Below, one piece after another: positions 39,262 through 47,515 of a stretch of DNA of 64,000 nucleotides (the first letter of the stretch is position 1; each line of letters opens with the position of its first letter). The notes below the pieces were generated by a model. The model did not search any database. It was not told where the DNA came from and saw only the letters and a list, made by a program, of their open reading frames with translations. This DNA comes from Daejeonella sp. (GTDB taxonomy: Bacteria > Bacteroidota > Bacteroidia > Sphingobacteriales > Sphingobacteriaceae). Location: assembly GCA_041749185.1 (NCBI GenBank), contig JBGTBV010000146.1, positions 4,898-68,897 on the forward strand, read 5' to 3'. Made by a program: the position numbers and the translations under genes.

Positions 39262-40602
39262 TTAATGTGGCGCAGGCACTACCTGCTTAATTTCACTGGC
39301 ACTGTCTTTTACCAAAAGGGTTAGCAGGCCTGCTAATATCATGCAAACACCGCCCAATACCATTGTTTTAACCGTATGACCGTCGAAAAAGTTTTTGGTA
39401 ATAAGCCCTAACAACAGGCCGCTTACAATTTGCGGTATAACTATAAAGAAATTGAAAACGCCCATAAAATAGCCCATTCTCTCGGGTGGCAATGCGCCTG
39501 CTAAAATTGCGTAGGGCATAGTCAAAATACTTGCCCAGGCAATTCCTACTCCGGCCATCGGCAATAATAACCATTCTTTGCTATGGATCATAAATATGCT
39601 TGCCAGACTGATTCCCCCGATAATGAGGCAGACCATGTGCACAAATTTACGACTTGTTTGCCGGGCCAAAACCGGCAGTAAAAACGCTGCCAGGGCAGAA
39701 ACTCCGCTGTAAACGGCAAACATGGTCCCAACCCAGTTACCGGCATCCTGGTAGGCGGCAGACTGCGCATCTGTTGAGCCGAAAACGTTATCGGCTATAG
39801 CCGAAGTGGTGTAAATCCACATAGAAAATAGTGCAACCCAGGTAAAAAACTGCACAAGGGCAAGCTGAACCATGGTTTTGGGCATTTTGCCGAAGCCAGT
39901 TACAATTTCTGTAACGGCTTTTCTGAAATTTCCAGCCTTTCTTTCGGCTTTAAACCTTTCCGGATTTTCTGGCGGAAACTCACTGGTTGTAAAGACGGTA
40001 TACAGTACCGAGGCGAGAAAAATAAAACCGCCGATGTAAAAAGAATAACGAACCGAATCGGGTATCAAACCGTTAGCCGCCGAGTTGCTTACATTAAACA
40101 CCTCCGAAAATAAGGTTGGCAACAGCGAGGCGATGACGGCTCCGCAGCCGATAAAAAATGTTTGCATCGCGAAACCGGCGGTTTGTTGCGCCGGGTTTAG
40201 CTTATCGCCCACAAAAGCCCGGAAAGGTTCCATAGAAATATTTATAGAGGCATCCATAAGCCAAAGCACGGCAACGGCCATCCAAAGCACGGTTGAATTG
40301 GGCATTAGAAATAAGGCCGTAGAAGCCAGGATAGCGCCAATAAAAAAAAACGGGCGACGGCGCCCCCAGAACGGATGCCAGGTATGGTCACTCAAATAAC
40401 CGATGACGGGCTGCACCAATAAGCCGGTAACCGGGGCGGCCAGCCAGTAAAGTGGAAGCGCATCGGCGGTGGCGCCGAGCGTAGAGAATATCCGGCTGGT
40501 GTTGGCATTTTGCAAAGCAAAGCCAAATTGGATACCGAAGAAACCAAAACTCATATTCCAGAGTTGCCAGAACGACAGTCTGGGTTTACTTATTGACGAC
40601 AT
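39262..40602 (-). CDS. MFS sugar:H+ symporter (GPH/SLC45-like; probable maltose/maltodextrin transporter)
   Basis: 12 predicted TM helices and the motif GRRRPFFFIG, which is typical of the glycoside-pentoside-hexuronide/SLC45 group. It sits inside the alpha-glucan cluster. Confidence 0.8.
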   Translation of the reverse strand: MSSISKPRLSFWQLWNMSFGFFGIQFGFALQNANTSRIFSTLGATADALPLYWLAAPVTGLLVQPVIGYLSDHTWHPFWGRRRPFFFIGAILASTALFLMPNSTVLWMAVAVLWLMDASINISMEPFRAFVGDKLNPAQQTAGFAMQTFFIGCGAVIASLLPTLFSEVFNVSNSAANGLIPDSVRYSFYIGGFIFLASVLYTVFTTSEFPPENPERFKAERKAGNFRKAVTEIVTGFGKMPKTMVQLALVQFFTWVALFSMWIYTTSAIADNVFGSTDAQSAAYQDAGNWVGTMFAVYSGVSALAAFLLPVLARQTSRKFVHMVCLIIGGISLASIFMIHSKEWLLLPMAGVGIAWASILTMPYAILAGALPPERMGYFMGVFNFFIVIPQIVSGLLLGLITKNFFDGHTVKTMVLGGVCMILAGLLTLLVKDSASEIKQVVPAPH

Positions 40603-40630
40603 TTATGATCGGGTTAAAAAAATAAAAAGG

Positions 40631-42433
40631 CTAAAAACTGAGCATCCATGCGTCTGTAGCAGCTACCGATACCGGTACGCCCTTAGAAACATCTTCCACT
40701 ATGAATTCCTTATCAGTTAAAATTTCCCTGAATTTTACTTTGCGGGTACTCTTTAACTGTTTTAATATTTCTTCGGGGAGTTGAATGTTGGCTGAAAGCG
40801 TATGGTTCCGTTCAAAATTTGCAATTATTAACACCCGTTCCTGCGTGTTGAAGCGCAAATACGCATAATTTCGGTTTGAGAAGCCGGGCTTATCTAAGGG
40901 TAAAAATTTACCATCGCGTAAAGCAGTGTTTGAGCGTACCGCATTTAGCAACGTGCTGTAAAAACCACGCAGGTATTGCTGATCTTCGCTTAAGCCTGCT
41001 CCGTCAAAGGCACCTCCGTTCATCCATTTTTGATGTTCGGGAACGCCCCAATAATCAAAAATAGTCGTGCGGTTATTCTCTCCGGCGAAACCGGCGTTTC
41101 CGCGTCCGGCTTCCCCCACTTCCTGTCCGAAATAGATCATTACCGGCCCCGTTGATAGCGTTGCGCTTATCACCATAGCCGATTTTGCAAACCAGGCATT
41201 TCCGGCGAAGCCGTCTGAGGCAATCCGCTCTTCGTCGTGGTTTTCTAAAAAGCGCAACATCCGCGAACCGAATTCCTTGCTTTCAACATTCCAAACATGC
41301 GTTATATCCTTCACATCCGCATGCGGTTCATTGCGAATCAACTTTTTCAGTCCGTCGTACAATCCTACCTTATCATACAAATAGTCAAATTTGCCGGTTG
41401 TTAAAAAGCTGTTGTACTTTCTGGAATCGTAGGCTTCCCCAATAAAAATAATATCAGGATTCACCTTTTTTACTTCGGGGATTACCCAACTCCAGAATTC
41501 AACAGGCACCTCTTCGGCCATATCGCAACGGAAACCATCAATCTTCCGATTCGTCCAGAATATCAAAATATCTTTCATTTTGTTCCATAACGGCGGAATT
41601 GGTTCAAAGTGAGTCTGTTTATTCTGATAATCAATACCGTAATTGAGTTTGATGGTTTCAAACCAATCATTAATTCCGGGTGTTTCAGAAAACACGTTAT
41701 TGCCCGTTACCTTGGCGGGATATTCATCATAACGGCTGTCTTTAAGCGGGTGCTGGAACCCATCGCCGCCGGCGTTTACCCCGCCCGGAACGTTAAAATT
41801 TTTGCCGGTGATGTAGTAAAAATCATTCTGCGGACTGAAAGGCTTTGAGATATCATCGTCCTCGCCAAAACTGCGCACTCCCTGCGGAGCGGCGTCAGAT
41901 GTATAATGGCGGGCAACATGGTTTGGTATAAAATCAATAATCACTTTCAGATCGTGGTCATGGCTGCGCTTAACCAGGTCGTCAAATTCAACCATGCGCT
42001 GCGCCACGTTTACCGCAAGGTCGGGATCTACATCGTAATAATCTTTAATGGCATAGGGCGAGCCCGCTCTACCCTTTACAACGTCGGGGTCGTCCATTTT
42101 TATTCCCTCGGATGTGTAATCAGTCATGGTGGCGTGTTCTATTACGCCGGTATACCAAATATGGCTAATGCCGAGGTCCTTAAGCCGGGAGAGCGCCGTG
42201 CCGGTTATGTCATTAAACTTGCCTACGCCGTTTTCGTCACGGCTGCCGTAATGTTTATTGGTTTGATTGGTGTTACCAAACAGGCGTACCATCATCTGGT
42301 AAATTATCAGCTTATCGTCGCCTGCTATTTTAGCGTTTTGTACTTTCATTGTTGGTTGTTTCATCAGCCTGTCAGAACATGATCCGGCAAAGACGGCCGT
42401 TAAAATTAAAAAGGTATACAAAGTTATCTTCAT
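40631..42433 (-). CDS. GH13 alpha-amylase-family lipoprotein
   Basis: Lipobox FAGSC and GH13 regions DFIPNHVA, GFRCDMAEEV, FIGEAYD and FLENHDEER. The ATG is at 42433; the ORF-track start at 42439 is a TTG. Confidence 0.88.
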   Translation of the reverse strand: MKITLYTFLILTAVFAGSCSDRLMKQPTMKVQNAKIAGDDKLIIYQMMVRLFGNTNQTNKHYGSRDENGVGKFNDITGTALSRLKDLGISHIWYTGVIEHATMTDYTSEGIKMDDPDVVKGRAGSPYAIKDYYDVDPDLAVNVAQRMVEFDDLVKRSHDHDLKVIIDFIPNHVARHYTSDAAPQGVRSFGEDDDISKPFSPQNDFYYITGKNFNVPGGVNAGGDGFQHPLKDSRYDEYPAKVTGNNVFSETPGINDWFETIKLNYGIDYQNKQTHFEPIPPLWNKMKDILIFWTNRKIDGFRCDMAEEVPVEFWSWVIPEVKKVNPDIIFIGEAYDSRKYNSFLTTGKFDYLYDKVGLYDGLKKLIRNEPHADVKDITHVWNVESKEFGSRMLRFLENHDEERIASDGFAGNAWFAKSAMVISATLSTGPVMIYFGQEVGEAGRGNAGFAGENNRTTIFDYWGVPEHQKWMNGGAFDGAGLSEDQQYLRGFYSTLLNAVRSNTALRDGKFLPLDKPGFSNRNYAYLRFNTQERVLIIANFERNHTLSANIQLPEEILKQLKSTRKVKFREILTDKEFIVEDVSKGVPVSVAATDAWMLSF

Positions 42434-42490
42434 CAGCAATAAGGTAAAATAGTACCGGGCAATTGCTTCGCCGGCAATCGGCCGCGATGA

Positions 42491-44809
42491 TCAATTTTTA
42501 GTATGAGGTATGGATATACTTTTTTTTCCGCCCACCGTGTGCAAAGTTTTGTAGATAACTATATTGGTTTGCTGCGCAGACAGATTTGAAATGGCAACGC
42601 CCGCACGATCTACTTTTACGGATAGCAACGCATCTCTGAAGCCAACTTTGAAAGAAAATGATTTCCATTTAGATGGCAAAAATGGATGAAACTCCAAAAC
42701 ATTGTTACGCACCCGCATGCCGCCGAAACCTTCTACAACGCTCATCCATGTGCCGGCCATGGAGGTAATGTGGCATCCATCTTCGGTGTCGTTGTTGTAA
42801 TCATCAAGGTCTAAACGGGCGGTTCTCAGATAGAAGTCGTACGCACGGGTTTCATCGCCCAGTTTTGCAGCTAAAATTGCATGCACACAGGGTGACAGGG
42901 AACTTTCATGAACAGTACGCGGCTCGTAAAAATTAAAGTTACGCCGTATGGTTTCCAGGTCGTAATTATCCTCAAAAAAGTAAAGGCCCTGCAAAACATC
43001 CGCTTGTTTAATAAAGCAGGATCGCAATATGCGGTCCCAGCTCCATTTCTGATTCAGCGGCCGGTCAGCATCGGGCAAATCGCTTACCAAAATCTGTTCT
43101 TTATCAAGATATCCATCCTGCTGCAAAAATATTCCCTGAGTTTCATCTTCCGGCAAGTACAAGTCGGAGACAATTTCCTGCCATTGCCGAATTTCTGCAT
43201 CCGCATCAAATTGCAGTTTATCAACCAGCTTAGTGTACCGATCGGGGTTTGTCTTTTGAACTTTTTCTAAAGCTTCAATGGCATAACGGAGGCACCATGC
43301 AGCAAGTGTACTGGTATACCAATTGTTGTTCACATTATTTTCGTATTCGTTGGGGCCGGTAACGCCAAGCATCACAAACTTATCCCGTTTCCCGCTCCAG
43401 TTTACCCGTTGTGCCCAAAATCTGGCTATGGCAATAAGCACTTCTAACCCGTACGCTTCCAAATAGCCATCATCACCGGTGTACCGAATGTAGTTGTATA
43501 TCGCGTAAGCGATAGCGCCGTTGCGATGAATTTCTTCAAAAGTGATCTCCCACTCGTTGTGGCACTCTTCACCGTTCATGGTCACCATCGGATACAAGGC
43601 TGCACCGTTGCTGAAGCCAAGTTTAGCTGCGTTTTCTATGGCTTTTTCCAGATGGTTGTAGCGATAGATTAACAGGTTTTTTGTAACACTTGCCTCGGCT
43701 GTAGCCAGATAAAAAGGCACACAATAAGCTTCGGTATCCCAATAAGTGGAACCACCATATTTTTCTCCGGTAAAGCCTTTAGGGCCGATGTTGAGGCGGG
43801 CATCCTGACCGGTATAGGTTTGATGCAACTGAAATATGTTAAAGCGGATGGCTTGCTGTGCGCTGACATCGCCTTCGATCTCAATATCGGCACGCTCCCA
43901 TTTTTTGGCCCAGGCGCTTGCCTGCTCTGCCTTCATTCTTTCAAAACCTTTTGCAGCTACACGCTCAACAAGAATTTTTGTGTTGCTTAAAAGTTTTTCT
44001 TTCGGATGATTTTCTGATGATAGATTTCCCGCGTACTTATAAACCGTCAGCGTATCGCCCGCAGTTAATTTCCGGATGATTTTTAACGCTGTGAAACTGC
44101 CCTTAGAAACCGGCTCTGCTGTAAAATCAATAGGTTCCCCGTTTAAAGCTAAATCTACCTTGAAACCGGTGCAGACCTCAAAGTTTGTTTTTTTAGTGCG
44201 AAGCGTTAAGAACGATGTGTCTTTGTGGATTTCCTGCTGAACCTCTTCCCAAAACTTCTCATCGTAATTGGCATCCTGGTTTTTTACATCGCCATCAATA
44301 AACGGACACACTGTTATGTTCCCCTGGAAATTTAGCGGAGTAATGGAATAAGAAATGGCACCCGCTTCGTCGTCTACAATGCTGCAAAAGCGTTTGGCAT
44401 TTATCTTTAGTTGTTTGCCATCGGGCAAGTTTGCAATGAATGATCGTTCCAAAAACCCTTCCAGCATGTTTAACACCCGGCGGAAATCAACTATTGCGCA
44501 AGTGTTCATATCCAGTTGATATTCGTCAATGAATACTTCTATGCCAATCCAGTTGGCGGCATTTAAAACCTTTGCGAAGTACTCCGGGTAGCCGTTTTTC
44601 CACCAGCCAACCCGCGTTTTATCCGGATAGTAAACCCCGGCAACATAATTGCCAGGCAAAGTTTCGCCAGTATAAGTTTCTTCAAAATTGGCACGCTGCC
44701 CCATGCGGCCGTTACCCAGACTGAATATACTTTCAGAAACTTTATTAAGACCGGGCTCAAACCCTTCTTCAATTATATTCCACTCGTGTGGTATGATGTA
44801 ATTTTTCAT
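42491..44809 (-). CDS. GH65 maltose (or kojibiose/trehalose) phosphorylase
   Basis: 772 aa with typical GH65 blocks (GPKGFTGEKYGGSTYWDTE, VTGPNEYENNVNNNWYT). It sits next to beta-phosphoglucomutase. Confidence 0.88.
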   Translation of the reverse strand: MKNYIIPHEWNIIEEGFEPGLNKVSESIFSLGNGRMGQRANFEETYTGETLPGNYVAGVYYPDKTRVGWWKNGYPEYFAKVLNAANWIGIEVFIDEYQLDMNTCAIVDFRRVLNMLEGFLERSFIANLPDGKQLKINAKRFCSIVDDEAGAISYSITPLNFQGNITVCPFIDGDVKNQDANYDEKFWEEVQQEIHKDTSFLTLRTKKTNFEVCTGFKVDLALNGEPIDFTAEPVSKGSFTALKIIRKLTAGDTLTVYKYAGNLSSENHPKEKLLSNTKILVERVAAKGFERMKAEQASAWAKKWERADIEIEGDVSAQQAIRFNIFQLHQTYTGQDARLNIGPKGFTGEKYGGSTYWDTEAYCVPFYLATAEASVTKNLLIYRYNHLEKAIENAAKLGFSNGAALYPMVTMNGEECHNEWEITFEEIHRNGAIAYAIYNYIRYTGDDGYLEAYGLEVLIAIARFWAQRVNWSGKRDKFVMLGVTGPNEYENNVNNNWYTSTLAAWCLRYAIEALEKVQKTNPDRYTKLVDKLQFDADAEIRQWQEIVSDLYLPEDETQGIFLQQDGYLDKEQILVSDLPDADRPLNQKWSWDRILRSCFIKQADVLQGLYFFEDNYDLETIRRNFNFYEPRTVHESSLSPCVHAILAAKLGDETRAYDFYLRTARLDLDDYNNDTEDGCHITSMAGTWMSVVEGFGGMRVRNNVLEFHPFLPSKWKSFSFKVGFRDALLSVKVDRAGVAISNLSAQQTNIVIYKTLHTVGGKKSISIPHTKN

Positions 44810-44854
44810 AGAGCCTCGCCCCCGGTCCCGGCTCTAAAAGAGCGGGGTATTGGG

Positions 44855-45505
44855 CTATAAATTTCTTAATTTATCAACATTCATGGCATTCAACCCGGCA
44901 ATGACCAGATCGGCTCCGGGAAGCAAACTCTCGGCTCCGATACCCACTACTTTCATCCCGCCAGCCCTGGCCGCCTCAACTCCCGCAATAGCATCTTCAA
45001 AAACTAAACATGCCGCGGGTTCAATTTCCAGCATTTCGGCGCCTTTTAAAAACACCTCCGGATCTGGTTTTGACGCCGTAACTGTGTTGCCATCAACAAT
45101 CGCATCAAAATAATGAGTAAGTTCTACCTTTGTTAAAATAATGCCGGCATTTTTACTTGCCGAGCCTAAAGCTATTTTGTAACCTGCTGCTTTCAATTCG
45201 TCAAGAAACATCAGTGCGCCGGGTAAAACATCGGCGCCGGTCATCCCACTAATCATTTCTACATACCATTTATTTTTAAGTTCGGCGAGTTCAGCCTTTT
45301 CGGCGGCGCTTTTTGTGGTCATTCCCCAGTCAAGAATCAATTCTAAAGATTGTTTCCGGCTTATGCCTTTTAAACGCTCGTTTTCCACTTCTGTAAAGTC
45401 AAAACCAAGTTGATTTGCAAGGCGTTTCCAGGCCTGGTAATGATAGATGGCGGTATCTACAAGAACCCCGTCTAAATCAAATATACATGCTTTAATCTGC
45501 GACAT
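44855..45505 (-). CDS. pgmB: beta-phosphoglucomutase (HAD superfamily)
   Basis: HAD motif I FDLDGVLVDT, LGSASKN, and VFEDAIAGVEAARAGGM. It is adjacent to GH65. Confidence 0.9.
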   Translation of the reverse strand: MSQIKACIFDLDGVLVDTAIYHYQAWKRLANQLGFDFTEVENERLKGISRKQSLELILDWGMTTKSAAEKAELAELKNKWYVEMISGMTGADVLPGALMFLDELKAAGYKIALGSASKNAGIILTKVELTHYFDAIVDGNTVTASKPDPEVFLKGAEMLEIEPAACLVFEDAIAGVEAARAGGMKVVGIGAESLLPGADLVIAGLNAMNVDKLRNL

Positions 45506-45506
45506 T

Positions 45507-47360
45507 TTATTTTTTCAGTTCAAAAACAGAAGTGGTATTGCCCGGAACATTTATCGTTTCTATAGAAGGTAGTTCTTCCTGAGACATCACGTTGAGGGCT
45601 TTACTGAATCCGTTAAACCGCTGGCCAAACCGCCCGGTACCGATTGTTTGAGGCTCGGCATTGCTGTTCATGATCACCATTACGGTTTTTTCGCTGTTAA
45701 ATCTGAAGTATACATAAACCCCATTTTCCGGAACGTACTGCATCAGACCACCAGTTTGGAGTGCTGTTGAGTTTTTGCGATAATTGGCCAGCTTTTTTAT
45801 GTAATTAAATGATTCATTTTCCTGCTCGGTACGGCCAGAAGCGGCAAATTTATTTTGCAGGTCTCCGGCCCAGCCGCCTTTAAAATCCAACCGCACCAGT
45901 CCGTCCGGGTTGGTAAACCCCGTCATCAAAATTTCACCACCATAATAAATCTGCGGAATTCCTCGGGTTGTTAAAAGCCAGGTGAGAGCCGATTTGTATT
46001 TCTTCAGATCTTCACCAACAATTGAATAGAATCGCCCCAGATCATGATTATCTAAAAATACCACCAACCTGGTGGGGTCCTGGTATATAAAATCACTCGC
46101 GATGGTTGTGTATAATTTATTTACTCCTTCGTTCCAGCCAAATTTTCCGTTTATCGCTTCCGTTATTCCCCACAGTGCCTGAAAATCGGTGACCGATTGC
46201 AATCCCGAATCAAACGTCTGGTTTACGGTTTCCCCTTCGGTGAAGTAAGCCTGGTTGGGCAATCCATGCACCCAGGTCTCGCCAAAAAAAGTAAATCGCG
46301 GATATTCTGCCGTGATGGCTTTGGCCCATTCGGCCATGTAGGCCGCGTTGTTGTACGCATAGGTATCTAATCTAAATCCATCTAAACCAGAATATTCGAT
46401 CCACCAGATATGGCTTTGCGTGAAATAATTTTTAACAAATTCACTCTCCTGGTTCATGTCGGGCATGTGCCTATCAAACCAGCCATCGGTCATTTGCTTC
46501 CGATCAACTTCGGCGGCATAGGGATCAAAAAGCACCTGATCTTTGTAAGTGGTTTTTGTGAAAGCCGGCCATTGGTGTACCCAATCGCTAAACGGCTTGT
46601 CTTTAATCGTCCAGTGTTCTGTGCCTACATGGTTATGAACCAGATCTTTGATCATTTTCATTCCACGCTCATGTAGCTTATCTACCAATTCCTTGTATAA
46701 AGCATTGCTGCCGTAACGCCGATCAATTTTGTAATTTTCGGTATTTGCGTACCCGTGGTAAGATGTTTTGGGCTGATTATTTTCCAGCACCGGATTTAAC
46801 CATAAAGTGGTAACTCCTAAATCCTGCAGATAATCAAGATGGTTGATAATTCCCTGGAGATCGCCTCCGTGACGTAGATACATAGAATCGCGGTTAAGCG
46901 ACGTTTCATTCATTCCGGGGATTACATCATTTGAAGGGTCGCCATTAGCAAACCGGTCTGGCATAATGAGGTAAATAAAGTCTTGATTGGTAACACCCTG
47001 AGCACGGTTTTCAGATTTTTCCCGATGAAGCAACGCATATTTAACCCGAATAGGTTTTGCACCCTTTCTGGCGAATGTGATATCAAATTCTCCGGCTTTG
47101 GTTTCCTTGCTGATATTTAAATCCAGAAACAAATAATTTGGGTTCTCCGTTTTATGAACCTTGTCTAAAACAACACCCGGATAGGATAAGCTGACCTCGC
47201 GATCGGCAATACGGTTGCCATGGACAATTAGTTGGAGCTTAGGATTGTTCATGCCCACCCACCAGTTTGCCGGTTCAATTCGTTCAAAAGTCGGTATCTG
47301 GGCAGAAGCGCTTAAAGCGATGCAATTAAATAGCAGAAAAACGGTGAATTTCAGTTTCAT
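45507..47360 (-). CDS. GH13 alpha-amylase/cyclomaltodextrinase-like enzyme, secreted
   Basis: Signal peptide, DRFANGDPSND, and GH13 regions DLVHNHVG, GFRLDTYAY, FFGETW and FLDNHDLGRF. Its stop lies 1 nt before the pgmB start. Confidence 0.88.
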   Translation of the reverse strand: MKLKFTVFLLFNCIALSASAQIPTFERIEPANWWVGMNNPKLQLIVHGNRIADREVSLSYPGVVLDKVHKTENPNYLFLDLNISKETKAGEFDITFARKGAKPIRVKYALLHREKSENRAQGVTNQDFIYLIMPDRFANGDPSNDVIPGMNETSLNRDSMYLRHGGDLQGIINHLDYLQDLGVTTLWLNPVLENNQPKTSYHGYANTENYKIDRRYGSNALYKELVDKLHERGMKMIKDLVHNHVGTEHWTIKDKPFSDWVHQWPAFTKTTYKDQVLFDPYAAEVDRKQMTDGWFDRHMPDMNQESEFVKNYFTQSHIWWIEYSGLDGFRLDTYAYNNAAYMAEWAKAITAEYPRFTFFGETWVHGLPNQAYFTEGETVNQTFDSGLQSVTDFQALWGITEAINGKFGWNEGVNKLYTTIASDFIYQDPTRLVVFLDNHDLGRFYSIVGEDLKKYKSALTWLLTTRGIPQIYYGGEILMTGFTNPDGLVRLDFKGGWAGDLQNKFAASGRTEQENESFNYIKKLANYRKNSTALQTGGLMQYVPENGVYVYFRFNSEKTVMVIMNSNAEPQTIGTGRFGQRFNGFSKALNVMSQEELPSIETINVPGNTTSVFELKK

Positions 47361-47457
47361 AAAACCGTGTTAAACATACACGAAGCAACGCTAAAACAAT
47401 GATAAGGAATTTAGCTTACAACAGGGTTTACAAAAAACATAAACAAAAAAATGATCC

Positions 47458-47497
47458 CGAAAAAGAAAAGCCCCGCTGCGTTTTAATGCACCGGGGC
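47458..47497 (-). terminator. intrinsic terminator downstream of the TonB-dependent receptor gene
   Basis: A stem (agccccg / cggggct, 47468..47474 and 47491..47497) with a further 3 bp inside, followed on the minus strand by ttttcttttt. Confidence 0.7.
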
Positions 47498-47515
47498 TTT
47501 TTAACTGGAGTGTTC

